The position numbers and the translations under genes were made by a program. This document shows, piece by piece, positions 14,101 to 28,404 of a stretch of 64,000 nucleotides of DNA (position 1 is the first letter of the stretch; the number at the start of each line of letters is the position of its first letter). Origin of the DNA: Tubulanus polymorphus (taxonomy: Eukaryota > Animalia > Nemertea); NCBI RefSeq assembly GCF_964204645.1, contig NC_134031.1, forward strand, positions 21,422,017 through 21,486,016, in the 5' to 3' direction. The notes under the pieces are model-generated. The model was not told the DNA's origin. It searched no databases and worked only from the letters and a program-made list of their open reading frames with translations.

Positions 14101-16300
14101 TTCAATCTGAAAAGATGTGTTAAGGCGTATTGAACTGATTTCAAATAGATAGGTGGAAAGATTAAGAATTTTCTGGCTATTTATGCTCCTGAAGATGATG
14201 GACTCGATCTGAAATGATAGGTTAAGGTAAACTGAACTGATTTCGAGTAGATGGACTGAAAGATACAGATTTTTCTTGCAAAATAGGGTCCTAAAGATGA
14301 TGAATTCTATCTTAATTGATGGGTTAGGGTGAACTGAACTGATTTCAAATAGATGGGTGGAAAGAATCAGAATTTTCTGGCTGCCTTTGGTTCTGAAGAT
14401 GATGGACTCAATCTGAAAAGATAGGCTAAGGCGTATTGAACTGATTTAAAATAGATAGGTGGAACGATTAAGAATTTTCTGGCTATTTATGCTCCTGAAG
14501 ATGATGGACTCGATCTGAAATGATAGGTTAAGGTAGACTGAACTGATTTCGAGTAGATGGACTGAAAGATACAGATTTTTCTTGCAAAATAGGGTCCTAA
14601 AGATGATGAGTTCTATCTTAATTGATGGGTTAGGGTGTACTGAACTGATTTCAAATAGATAGGTTGAAAGAATCAGAATTTTCTGGCTGCTTTTGGTTCT
14701 GAAGATGATGGATTCAATCTGAAAAGATGGGTTAAGGCGTATTGAACTGATGTCAAATAGATCGGTGGAAAGATTAAGAATTTTCTGGCTATTTATGCTC
14801 CTGAAGATGATGGACTCGATCTGAAATGATAGGTTAAGGTAGACTGAACTGATTTCGAGTAGATGGACCGAAAGATACAGATTTTTCTTGCAAAAAAGGG
14901 TCCTAAAGATGATGAGTTCTATCTTAATTGATGGGTTAGGGTGTACTGAACTGATTTCAAATAGATAGGTGGAAAGATTAAGAATTTTCGGGCTATTTAT
15001 GCTCCTGAAGATGATGGACTCGATCTGAAATGATAGGTTAAGGTAAACTGAACTGATTTCGAATAGATGGACTGAAAGATACAGATTTTTCTTGCAAAAT
15101 AGGGTCCTAAAGATGATGAATTCTATCTTAATTGATGGGTTAGGGTGTACTGAACTGATTTCAAATAGATAGGTTGAAAGAATCAGAATTTTCTGGCTGC
15201 TTTTGGTTCTGAAGATGATGGATTCAATCTGAAAAGATGGGTTAAGGCGTATTGAACTGATTTCAAATGGATAGGTGGAAAGATTAAGAATTTTCTGGCT
15301 ATTTATGCTCCTGAAGATGATGGACTCGATCTGAAATGATAGGTTAAGGTAAACTGAACTGATTTCGAGTAGATGGACTGAAAGATACAGATTTTTCTTG
15401 CAAAATAGGGTCCTAAAGATGATGAATTCTATCTTAATTGATGGGTTAGGGTGAACTGAACTGATTTCAAATAGATAGGTGGAAAGAATCAGAATTTTCT
15501 GGCTGCCTTTGGTTCTGAAGATGATGGACTCAATCTGAAAAGATAGGCTAAGGCGTATTGAACTGATTTCAAATACATAGGTGGAAAGATTAAGAATTTT
15601 CTGGCTATTTATGCTCCTGAAGATGATGGACTCGATCTGAAATGATAGGTTAAGGTAAACTGAACTGATTTCGAGTAGATGGACTGAAAGATACAGATTT
15701 TTCTTGCAAAATAGGGTCCTAAAGATGATGAATTCTATCTTAATTGATGGGTTAGGGTGTACTGAACTGATTTCAAATAGATAGGTTGAAAGAATCAGAA
15801 TTTTCTTGCTGCTTTTGGTTCTGAAGATGATGGATTCAATCTGAAAAGATGTGTTAAGGCGTATTGAAACTGATTTCAAATAGATAGGTGGAAAGATTAA
15901 GAATTTTCTGGCTATTTATGCTCCTGAAGATGATGGACTCGATCTGAAATGATAGGTTAAGGTAAACTGAACTGATTTCGAGTAGATGGACTGAAAGATA
16001 CAGATTTTTCTTGCAAAATAGGGTCCTAAAGATGATGAATTCTATCTTAATTGATGGGTTAGGGTGAACTGAACTGATTTCAAATAGATGGGTGGAAAGA
16101 ATCAGAATTTTCTGGCTGCCTTTGGTTCTGAAGATGATGGACTCAATCTGAAAAGATAGGCTAAGGCGTATTGAACTGATTTAAAATAGATAGGTGGAAC
16201 GATTAAGAATTTTCTGGCTATTTATGCTCCTGAAGATGATGGACTCGATCTGAAATGATAGGTTAAGGTAGACTGAACTGATTTCGAGTAGATGGACTGA
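2110..16300. repeat. Higher-order repeat domain 1 (periods 3572, 3470 and 3266 bp = 35, 34 and 32 monomers + 2 bp), marked by the +A insertion
   Basis: ATTGAAACTG (+A) lies near 3519, 5560, 7091, 9132, 10561, 12296, 13827 and 15868. TTAAAATAGATAGGTGGAACG lies at 4138, 7710, 11180 and 14446. The ORF-track proteins recur with the same offsets. Boundaries are approximate. Confidence 0.9.
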
Positions 16301-19300
16301 AAGATACAGATTTTTCTTGCAAAATAGGGTCCTAAAGATGATGAGTTCTATCTTAATTGATGGGTTAGGGTGTACTGAACTGATTTCAAATAGATAGGTT
16401 GAAAGAATCAGAATTTTCTGGCTGCTTTTGGTTCTGAAGATGATGGATTCAATCTGACAAGATGGGTTAAGGCGTATTGAACTGATGTCAAATAGATAGG
16501 TGGAAAGATTAAGAATTTTCTGGCTATTTATGCTCCTGAAGATGATGGACTCGATCTGAAATGATAGGTTAAGGTAGACTGAACTGATTTCGAGTAGATG
16601 GACTGAAAGATACAGATTTTTCTTGCAAAATAGGGTCCTAAAGATGATGAATTCTATCTTAATTGATGGGTTAGGGTGTACTGAACTGATTTCAAATAGA
16701 TAGGTTGAAAGAATCAGAATTTTCTGGCTGCTTTTGGTTCTGAAGATGATGGATTCAATCTGAAAAGATGTGTTAAGGCGTATTGAACTGATTTCAAATA
16801 GATAGGTGGAAAGATTAAGAATTTTCTGGCTATTTATGCTCCTGAAGATGATGGACTCGATCTGAAATGATAGGTTAAGGTAAACTGAACTGATTTCGAG
16901 CAGATGGACTGAAAGATACAGATTTTTCTTGCAAAATAGGGTCCTAAAGATGATGAGTTCTATCTTAATTGATGGGTTAGGGTGTACTGAACTGATTTCA
17001 AATAGATAGGTTGAAAGAATCAGAATTTTCTGGCTGCTTTTGGTTCTGAAGATGATGGATTCAATCTGAAAAGATGTGTTAAGGCGTATTGAACTGATTT
17101 CAAATAGATAGGTGGAAAGATTAAGAATTTTCTGGCTATTTATGCTCCTGAAGATGATGGACTCGATCTGAAATGATAGGTTAAGGTAAACTGAACTGAT
17201 TTCGAGTAGATGGACTGAAAGATACAGATTTTTCTTGCAAAATAGGGTCCTAAAGATGATGAATTCTATCTTACTTGATGGGTTAGGGTGAACTGAACTG
17301 ATTTCAAATAGATAGGTGGAAAGAATCAGAATTTTCTGGCTGCTTTTGGTTCTGAAGATGATGGATTCAATCTGAAAAGATGGGTTAAGGCGTATTGAAC
17401 TGATTTCAAATGGATAGTTGGAAAGATTAAGAATTTTCTGGCTATTTATGCTCCTGAAGATGATGGACTCGATCTGAAAAGATAGGTTAAGGTAAACTGA
17501 ACTGATTTCGAGTAGATGGACTGAAAGATACAGATTTTTCTTGCAAAATAGGGTCCTAAAGATGATGAATTCTATCTTAATTGATGGGTTAGGGTGTACT
17601 GAACTGATTTCAAATAGATAGGTTGAAAGAATCAGAATTTTCTGGCTGCTTTTGGTTCTGAAGATGATGGATTCAATCTGAAAAGATGTGTTAAGGCGTA
17701 TTGAACTGATTTCAAATAGATTGGTGGAAAGATTAAGAATTTTCTGGCTATTTATGCTCCTGAAGATGATGGACTCGATCTGAAATGATAGGTTAAGGTA
17801 AACTGAACTGATTTCGAGTAGATGGACTGAAAGATACAGATTTTTCTTGCAAAATAGGGTCCTAAAGATGATGAATTCTATCTTAATTGATGGGTTAGGG
17901 TGTACTGAACTGATTTCAAATAGATGGGTGGAAAGAATCAGAATTTTCTGGCTGCCTTTGGTTCTGAAGATGATGGACTCAATCTGAAAAGATAGGCTAA
18001 GGTGTATTGAACTGATTTCAAATAGATAGGTGGAAAGATTAAGAATTTTCTGGCTATTTATGCTCCTGAAGATGATGGACTCGATCTGAAATGATAGGTT
18101 AAGGTAGACTGAACTGATTTCGAGTAGATGGACTGAAAGATACAGATTTTTCTTGCAAAATAGGGTCCTAAAGATGATGAATTCTATCTTAATTGATGGG
18201 TTAGGGTGTACTGAACTGATTTCAAATAGATAGGTTGAAAGATTAAGAACTTTCTGGCTGCTTTTGGTTCTGCAGATGATGGATTCAATCTGAAAAGATG
18301 GGTTTAGGCGTATTGAACTGATTTCAAATGGATAGGTGGAAAGATTAAGAATTTTCTGGCTATTTATGCTCCTGAAGATGATGGACTCGATCTGAAATGA
18401 TAGGTTAAGGTAAACTGAACTGATTTCGAGTAGATGGACTGAAAGATACAGATTTTTCTTGCAAAATAGGGTCCTAAAGATGATGAATTCTATCTTAATT
18501 GATGGGTTAGGGTGTACTGAACTGATTTCAAATAGATAGGTTGAAAGAATCAGAATTTTCTGGCTGCCTTTGGTTCTGAAGATGATGGACTCAATCTGAA
18601 ACGATGGGTTAAGGCGTATTGAACTGATTTCAAATAGATAGGTGGAAAGATTAAGAATTTTCTGGCTATTTATGCTCCTGAAGATGATGGACTCGATCTG
18701 AAATGATAGGTTAAGGTAAACTGAACTGATTTCGAGTAGATGGACTGAAAGATACAGATTTTTCTTGCAAAATAGGGTCCTAAAGATGATGAATTCTATC
18801 TTAATTGATGGGTTAGGGTGTACTGAACTGATTTCAAATAGATTGGTTGAAAGAATCAGAATTTTCTGGCTGCTTTTGGTTCTGAAGATGATGGATTCAA
18901 TCTGAAAAGATGTGTTAAGGCGTATTGAACTGATTTCAAATAGATAGGTGGAAAGATTAAGAATTTTCTGGCTATTTATGCTCCTGAAGATGATGGACTC
19001 GATCTGAAATGATAGGTTAAGGTAGACTGAACTGATTTCGAGTAGATGGACTGAAAGATACAGATTTTTCTTGCAAAATAGGGTCCTAAAGATGATGAAT
19101 TCTATCTTAATTGATGGGTTAGGGTGAACTGAACTGATTTCAAATAGATGGGTGGAAAGAAACAGAATTTTCTGGCTGCCTTTGGTTCTGAAGATGATGG
19201 ACTCAATCTGAAAAGATAGGCTAAGGCGTATTGAACTGATTTCAAATAGATAGGTGGAAAGATTAAGAATTTTCTGGCTATTTATGCTCCTGAAGATGAT

Positions 19301-22300
19301 GGACTCGATCTGAAATGATAGGTTAAGGTAGACTGAACTGATTTCGAGTAGATGGACTGAAAGATACAGATTTTTCTTGCAAAATAGGGTCCTAAAGATG
19401 ATGAGTTCTATCTTAATTGATGGGTTAGGGTGTACTGAACTGATTTCAAATAGATAGGTGGAAAGATTAAGAATTTTCTGGCTATTTATGCTCCTGAAGA
19501 TGATGGACTCGATCTGAAATGATAGGTTAAGGTAAACTGAACTGATTTCGAATAGATGGACTGAAAGATACAGATTTTTCTTGCAAAATAGGGTCCTAAA
19601 GATGATGAATTCTATCTTAATTGATGGGTTAGGGTGTACTGAACTGATTTCAAATAGATAGGTTGAAAGATTAAGAATTTTCTGGCTGCTTTTGGTTCTG
19701 AAGATGATGGATTCAATCTGAAAAGATGTGTTAAGGCGTATTGAACTGATTTCGAATAGATAGGTGGAAAGATTAAGAATTTTGTGGCTATTTATGCTCC
19801 TGAAGATGATGGACTCGATCTGAAATGATAGGTTATGGTAAACTGAACTGATTTCGAGTAGATGGACTGAAAGATACAGATTTTTCTTGCAAAATAGGGT
19901 CCTAAAGATGATGAATTCTATCTTAATTGATGGGTTAGGGTGTACTGAACTGATTTCAAATAGATAGGTTGAAAGAATCAGAATTTTATGGCTGCTTTTG
20001 GTTCTGAAGATGATGGATTCAATCTGAAAAGATGTGTTAAGGCGTATTGAACTGATTTCAAATAGATAGGTGGAAAGATTAAGAATTTTCTGGCTATTTA
20101 TGCTCCTGAAGATGATGGACTCGATCTGAAATGATAGGTTAAGGTAGACTGAACTGATTTCGAGTAGATGGACTGAAAGATACAGATTTTTCTTGCAAAA
20201 TAGGGTCCTAAAGATGATGAATTCTATCTTAATTGATGGGTTAGGGTGAACTGAACTGATTTCAAATAGATAGGTGGAAAGAATCAGAATTTTCTGGCTG
20301 CCTTTGGTTCTGAAGATGATGGACTCAATCTGAAAAGATAGGCTAAGGCGTATTGAACTGATTTCAAATAGATAGGTGGAAAGATTAAGAATTTTCGGGC
20401 TATTTATGCTCCTGAAGATGATGGACTCGATCTGAAATGATAGGTTAAGGTAAACTGAACTGATTTCGAGTAGATGGACTGAAAGATACAGATTTTTCTT
20501 GCAAAATAGGGTCCTAAAGAAGATTAATTCTATCTTAATTGATGGGTTAGGGTGTACTGAACTGATTTCAAATAGATAGGTTGAAAGAATCAGAATTTTC
20601 TGGCTGCTTTTGGTTCTGAAGATGATGGATTCAATCTGAAAAGATGTGTTAAGGCGTATTGAACTGATTTCAAATAGATAGGTGGAAAGATTAAGAATTT
20701 CCTGGCTATTTATGCTCCTGAAGATGATGGACTCGATCTGAAATGATAGGTTAAGGTAAACTGAACTGATTTCGAGTAGATGGACTGAAAGATACAGATT
20801 TTTCTTGCAAAATAGGGTCCTAAAGATGATGAATTCTATATTAATTGATGGGTTAGGGTGTACTGAACTGATTTCAAATAGATAGGTTGAAAGAATCAGA
20901 ATTTTCTGGCTGCTTTTGGTTCTGAAGATGATGGATTCAATCTGAAAAGATGTGTTAAGGCGTATTGAACTGATTTCAAATAGATAGGTGGAAAGATTAA
21001 GAATTTTTCTGGCTATTTATGCTCCTGAAGATGATGGACTCGATCTGAAATGATAGGTTAAGGTAGACTGAACTGATTTCGAGTAGATGGACTGAAAGAT
21101 ACAGATTTTTCTTGCAAAATAGGGTCCTAAAGATGATGAGTTCTATCTTAATTGATGGGTTAGGGTGTACTGAACTGATTTCAAATAGATAGGTGGAAAG
21201 ATTAAGAATTTTCTGGCTATTTATGCTCCTGAAGATGATGGACTCGATCTGAAATGATAGGTTAAGGTAAACTGAACTGATTTCGAGTAGATGGACTGAA
21301 AGATACAGATTTTTCTTGCAAAATAGGGTCCTAAAGATGATGAATTCTATCTTAATTGATGGGTTAGGGTGAACTGAACTGATTTCAAATAGATAGGTGG
21401 AAAGAATCAGAATTTTCTGGCTGCCTTTGGTTCTGAAGATGATGGACTCAATCTGAAAAGATGGGCTAAGGCGTATTGAACTGATTTCAAATAGATAGGT
21501 GGAAAGATTAAGAATTTTCTGGCTATTTATGCTCCTGAAGATGATGGACTCGATCTGAAATGATAGGTTAAGGTAAACTGAACTGATTTCGAGTAGATGG
21601 ACTGAAAGATACAGATTTTTCTTGCAAAATAGGGTCCTAAAGATGATGAATTTTATCTTAATTGATGGGTTAGGGTGTACTGAACTGATTTCAAATGGAT
21701 AGATGGAAAGATTAAGAATTTTCTGGCTATTTATGCTCCTGAAGATGATGGACTCGATCTGAAATGATAGGTTAAGGTAAACTGAACTGATTTCGAGTAA
21801 ATGGACTGAAAGATACAGATTTTTCTTGCAAAATAGGGTCCTAAAGATGATGAATTCTATCTTAATTGATGGGTTAGGGTGAACTGAACTGATTTCAAAT
21901 AGATAGGTGGAAAGAATCAGAATTTTCTGGCTGCCTTTGGTTCTGAAGATGATGGACTCAATCTGAAAAGATGTGTTAAGGCGTATTGAACTGATTTCAA
22001 ATAGATAGGTGGAAAGATTAAGAATTTCCTGGCTATTTATGCTCCTGAAGATGATGGACTCGATCTGAAATGATAGGTTAAGGTAAACTGAACTGATTTC
22101 GAGTAGATGGACTGAAAGATACAGATTTTTCTTGCAAAATAAGGCCCTAAAGATGATGAATTCTATCTTAATTGATGGGTTAGGGTGTACTGAACTGATT
22201 TCAAATAGATAGGTTGAAAGAATCAGAATTTTCTGGCTGCTTTTGGTTCTGAAGATGATGGATTCAATCTGAAAAGATGTGTTAAGGCGTATTGAACTGA

Positions 22301-22629
22301 TTTCAAATAGATAGGTGGAAAGATTAAGAATTTCCTGGCTATTTATGCTCCTGAAGATGATGGACTCGATCTGAAATGATAGGTTAAGGTAAACTGAACT
22401 GATTTCGAGTAGATGGACTGAAAGATACAGATTTTTCTTGCAAAATAGGGTCCTAAAGATGATGAATTCTATATTAATTGATGGGTTAGGGTGTACTGAA
22501 CTGATTTCAAATAGATAGGTTGAAAGAATCAGAATTTTCTGGCTGCTTTTGGTTCTGAAGATGATGGATTCAATCTGAAAAGATGTGTTAAGGCGTATTG
22601 AACTGATTTCAAATAGATAGGTGGAAAGA

Positions 22630-25600
22630 TTAAGAATTTTTCTGGCTATTTATGCTCCTGAAGATGATGGACTCGATCTGAAATGATAGGTTAAGGTAAA
22701 CTGAACTGATTTCGAATAGATGGACTGAAAGATACAGATTTTTCTTGCAAAATAGGGTCCTAAAGATGATGAATTCTATCTTAATTGATGGGTTAGTGTG
22801 TACTGAACTGATTTCAAATAGATAGGTTGAAAGATTAAGAATTTTCTGGCTGCTTTTGGTTCTGAAGATGATGGATTCAATCTGAAAAGATGTGTTAAGG
22901 CGTATTGAACTGATTTCGAATAGATAGGTGGAAAGATTAAGAATTTTCTGGCTATTTATGCTCCTGAAGATGATGGACTCGATCTGAAATGATAGGTTAT
23001 GGTAAACTGAACTGATTTCGAGTAGATGGACTGAAAGATACAGATTTTTCTTGCAAAATAGGGTCCTAAAGATGATGAATTCTATCTTAATTGATGGGTT
23101 AGGGTGTACTGAACTGATTTCAAATAGATAGGTGGAAAGAATCAGAATTTTCTGGCTGCCTTTGGTTCTGAAGATGATGGACTCAATCTGAATAGATGGG
23201 CTAAGGCGTATTGAACTGATTTCAAATAGATAGGTGGAAAGATTAAGAATTTTCTGGCTATTTATGCTCCTGAAGATGATGGACTCGATCTGAAATGATA
23301 GGTTAAGGTAGACTGAACTGATTTCGAGTAGATGGACTGAAAGATACAGATTTTTCTTGCAAAAAAGGGTCCTAAAGATTATGAGATCTATCTTAATTGA
23401 TGGGTTAGGGTGTACTGAACTGATTTCAAATAGATAGGTGGAAAGATTAAGAATTTTCGGGCTATTTATGCTCCTGAAGATGATGGACTCGATCTGAAAT
23501 GATAGGTTAAGGTAAACTGGACTGATTTCGAATAGATGGACTGAAAGATACAGATTTTTCTTGCAAAATAGGGTCCTAAAGATGATGAATTCTATCTTAA
23601 TTGATGGGTTAGGGTGTACTGAACTGATTTCAAATAGATAGGTTGAAAGAATCAGAACTTTCTGGCTGCTTTTGCTTCTGAAGATGATGGATTCAATCTG
23701 AAAAGATGGGTTAAGGCGTATTGAACTGATTTCAAATGGATAGGTGGAAAGAATTTTCTGGCTATTTATGCTCCTGAAGATGATGGACTCGATCTGAAAT
23801 GATAGGTTAAGGTAAACTGAACTGATTTCGAGCAGATGGACTGAAAGATACAGATTTTTCTTGCAAAATAGGGTCCTAAAGGTGATGAATTCTATCTTAA
23901 TTGATGGGTTAGGGTGTACTGAACTGATTTCAAATAGATAGGTTGAAAGAATCAGAATTTTCTGGCTGCTTTTGGTTCTGAAGATGATGGATTCAATCTG
24001 AAAAGATGTGTTAAGGCGTATTGAACTGATTTCAAATAGATAGGTGGAAAGATTAAGAATTTTCTGGCTATTTATGCTCCTGAAGATGATGGACTCGATC
24101 TGAAATGATAGGTTAAGGTAGACTGAACTGATTTTGAGTAGATGGACTGAAAGATACAGATTTTTCTTGCAAAATAGGGTCCTAAAGATGATGAGTTCTA
24201 TCTTAATTGATGGGTTAGGGTGTACTGAACTGATTTCAAATAGATAGGTGGAAAGAATCAGAATTTTCTGGCTGCCTTTGGTTCTGAAGATGATGGACTC
24301 AATCTGAAAAGATGGGCTAAGGCGTATTGAACTGATTTCAAATAGATAGGTGGAAAGATTAAGAATTTTCTGGCTATTTATGCTCCTGAAGATGATGGAC
24401 TCGATCTGAAATGATAGGTTAAGGTAGACTGAACTGATTTCGAGTAGATGGACTGAAAGATACAGATTTTTCTTGCAAAAAAGGGTCCTAAAGATGATGA
24501 GTTTTATCTTAATTGATGGGTTAGGGTGTACTGAACTGATTTCAAATAGATAGGTGGAAAGATTAAGAATTTTCGGGCTATTTATGCTCCTGAAGATGAT
24601 GGACTCGATCTGAAATGATAGGTTAAGGTAAACTGAACTGATTTCGAATAGATGGACTGAAAGATACAGATTTTTCTTGCAAAATAGGGTCCTAAAGATG
24701 ATGAATTCTATCTTAATTGATGGGTTAGGGTGTACTGAACTGATTTCAAATAGATAGGTTGAAAGAATCAGAATTTTCTGGCTGCTTTTGGTTCTGAAGA
24801 TGATGGATTCAATCTGAAAAGATGGGTTAAGGCGTATTGAACTGATTTCAAATGGATAGGTGGAAAGATTAAGAACTTTCTGGCTATTTATGCTCCTGAA
24901 GATGATGGACTCGATCTGAAATGATAGGTTAAGGTAAACTGAACTGATTTCGAGTAGATGGACTGAAAGATACAGATTTTTCTTGCAAAATAGGGTCCTA
25001 AAGATGATGAGTTCTATCTTAATTGATGGGTTAGGATGTACTGAACTGATTTCAAATAGATAGGTTGAAAGAATCAGAATTTTCTGGCTGCCTTTGGTTC
25101 TGAAGATGATGGACTCAATCTGAAAAGATGGGTTAAGGCGTATTGAACTGATTTCAAATAGATAGGTGGAAAGATTAAGAATTTTCTGGCTATTTATGCT
25201 CCTGAAGATGATGGACTCGATCTGAAATGATAGGTTAAGGTAAACTGAACTGATTTCGAGTAGATGGACTGAAAGATACAGATTTTTCTTGCAAAATAGG
25301 GTCCTAAAGATGATGAATTCTATCTTAATTGATGGGTTAGGGTGTACTGAACTGATTTCAAATAGATTGGTTGAAAGAATCAGAATTTTCTGGCTGCTTT
25401 TGGTTCTGAAGATGATGGATTCAATCTGAAAAGATGTGTTAAGGCGTATTGAACTGATTTCAAATAGATAGGTGGAAAGATTAAGAATTTTCTGGCTATT
25501 TATGCTCCTGAAGATGATGGACTCGATCTGAAATGATAGGTTAAGGTAGACTGAACTGATTTCGAGTAGATGGACTGAAAGATACAGATTTTTCTTGCAA

Positions 25601-26892
25601 AATAGGGTCCTAAAGATGATGAATTCTATCTTAATTGATGGGTTAGGGTGAACTGAACTGATTTCAAATAGATGGGTGGAAAGAATCAGAATTTTCTGGC
25701 TGCCTTTGGTTCTGAAGATGATGGACTCAATCTGAAAAGATAGGCTAAGGCGTATTGAACTGATTTCAAATACATAGGTGGAAAGATTAAGAATTTTCTG
25801 GCTATTTATGCTCCCGAAGATGATGGACTCGATCTGAAATGATAGGTTAAGGTAAACTGAACTGATTTCGAGTAGATGGACTGAAAGATACAGATTTTTC
25901 TTGCAAAATAGGGTCCTAAAGATGATGAATTCTATCTTAATTGATGGGTTAGGGTGTACTGAACTGATTTCAAATAGATAGGTTGAAAGAATCAGAATTT
26001 TCTGGCTGCTTTTGGTTCTGAAGATGATGGATTCAATCTGAAAAGATGTGTTAAGGCGTATTGAACTGATTTCAAATAGATAGGTGGAAAGATTAAGAAT
26101 TTCCTGGCTATTTATGCTCCTGAAGATGATGGACTCGATCTGAAATGATAGGTTAAGGTAAACTGAACTGATTTCGAGTAGATGGACTGAAAGATACAGA
26201 TTTTTCTTGCAAAATAGGGTCCTAAAGATGATGAATTCTATCTTAATTGATGGGTTAGGGTGTACTGAACTGATTTCAAATAGATAGGTGGAAAGAATCA
26301 GAATTTTCTGGCTGCCTTTGGTTCTGAAGATGATGGACTCAATCTGAAAAGATGGGCTAAGGCGTATTGAACTGATTTCAAATAGATAGGTGGAAAGATT
26401 AAGAATTTTCTGGCTATTTATGCTCCTGAAGATGATGGACTCGATCTGAAATGATAGGTTAAGGTAGACTGAACTGATTTCGAGTAGATGGACCGAAAGA
26501 TACAGATTTTTCTTGCAAAAAAGGGTCCTAAAGATGATGAGTTCTATCTTAATTGATGGGTTAGGGTGTACTGAACTGATTTCAAATAGATAGGTGGAAA
26601 GATTAAGAATTTTCGGGCTATTTATGCTCCTGAAGATGATGGACTCGATCTGAAATGATAGGTTAAGGTAAACTGAACTGATTTCGAGTAGATGGACTGA
26701 AAGATACAGATTTTTCTTGCAAAATAGGGTCCTAAAGATGATGAATTCTATCTTAATTGATGGGTTAGGGTGTACTGAACTGATTTCAAATAGATAGGTT
26801 GAAAGAATCAGAATTTTCTTGCTGCTTTTGGTTCTGAAGATGATGGATTCAATCTGAAAAGATGTGTTAAGGCGTATTGAAACTGATTTCAA
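22630..26892 (-). other. Longest stop-free minus-strand frame in the ORF track (1420 aa of a 34-aa I/S/L/F-rich repeat); probably a non-coding by-product of the satellite
   Basis: Its 'start' is a TTG brought into frame by the +A insertion near 26881, and its stop follows the +T frameshift near 22640. It has no non-repetitive domain and no family motif that I recognise. Confidence is for it being a real CDS. Confidence 0.08.
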
Positions 26893-28404
26893 ATAGATAG
26901 GTGGAAAGATTAAGAATTTTCTGGCTATTTATGCTCCTGAAGATGATGGACTCCATCTGAAATGATAGGTTAAGGTAAACTGAACTGATTTCGAGCAGAT
27001 GGACTGAAAGATACAGATTTTTCTTGCAAAATAGGGTCCTAAAGATGATGAGTTCTATCTTAATTGATGGGTTAGGGTGTACTGAACTGATTTCAAATAG
27101 ATAGGTGGAAAGAATCAGAATTTTCTGGCTGCTTTTGGTTCTGAAGATGATGGATTCAATCTGAAAAGATGTGTTAAGGCGTATTGAACTGATTTCAAAT
27201 AGATAGGTGGAAAGATTAAGAATTTTCTGGCTATTTATGCTCCTGAAGATGATGGACTCGATCTGAAATGATAGGTTAAGGTAAACTGAACTGATTTCGA
27301 GTAGATGGACTGAAAGATACAGATTTTTCTTGCAAAATAGGGTCCTAAAGATGATGAATTCTATCTTAATTGATGGGTTAGGGTGAACTGAACTGATTTC
27401 AAATAGATGGGTGGAAAGAATCAGAATTTTCTGGCTGCCTTTGGTTCTGAAGATGATGGACTCAATCTGAAAAGATAGGCTAAGGCGTATTGAACTGATT
27501 TAAAATAGATAGGTGGAACGATTAAGAATTTTCTGGCTATTTATGCTCCTGAAGATGATGGACTCGATCTGAAATGATAGGTTAAGGTAGACTGAACTGA
27601 TTTCGAGTAGATGGACTGAAAGATACAGATTTTTCTTGCAAAATAGGGTCCTAAAGATGATGAGTTCTATCTTAATTGATGGGTTAGGGTGTACTGAACT
27701 GATTTCAAATAGATAGGTTGAAAGAATCAGAATTTTCTGGCTGCTTTTGGTTCTGAAGATGATGGATTCAATCTGAAAAGATGGGTTAAGGCGTATTGAA
27801 CTGATGTCAAATAGATAGGTGGAAAGATTAAGAATTTTCTGGCTATTTATGCTCCTGAAGATGATGGACTCGATCTGAAATGATAGGTTAAGGTAGACTG
27901 AACTGATTTCGAGTAGATGGACCGAAAGATACAGATTTTTCTTGCAAAAAAGGGTCCTAAAGATGATGAGTTCTATCTTAATTGATGGGTTAGGGTGTAC
28001 TGAACTGATTTCAAATAGATAGGTGGAAAGATTAAGAATTTTCGGGCTATTTATGCTCCTGAAGATGATGGACTCGATCTGAAATGATAGGTTAAGGTAA
28101 ACTGAACTGATTTCGAATAGATGGACTGAAAGATACAGATTTTTCTTGCAAAATAGGGTCCTAAAGATGATGAATTCTATCTTAATTGATGGGTTAGGGT
28201 GTACTGAACTGATTTCAAATAGATAGGTTGAAAGAATCAGAATTTTCTGGCTGCTTTTGGTTCTGAAGATGATGGATTCAATCTGAAAAGATGGGTTAAG
28301 GCGTATTGAACTGATTTCAAATGGATAGGTGGAAAGATTAAGAATTTTCTGGCTATTTATGCTCCTGAAGATGATGGACTCGATCTGAAATGATAGGTTA
28401 AGGT
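26165..28404. repeat. Displaced ~2.2-kb copy of a domain-1 block (matches ~2803-5043, offset 23362)
   Basis: Same ordered rare variants: GGACCGAAAG, GCAAAAAAGGG, TTTCGGGC, TTCTTGCTGC, +A (near 26881), CTCCATCTG, TTAAAA...GGAACG (27500), GATGTCAAA, AAATGGATAGG. Confidence 0.88.

Noticed and set aside
261-15879. Series of 237-726 aa minus-strand ORFs as a tandem gene family
   Set aside because: The shared 'MKSV' start is a TTG created by the +A frameshift, and the ends are point-variant stops or frameshifts. There is no intergenic or unique sequence, and the same repeat continues between the ORFs.
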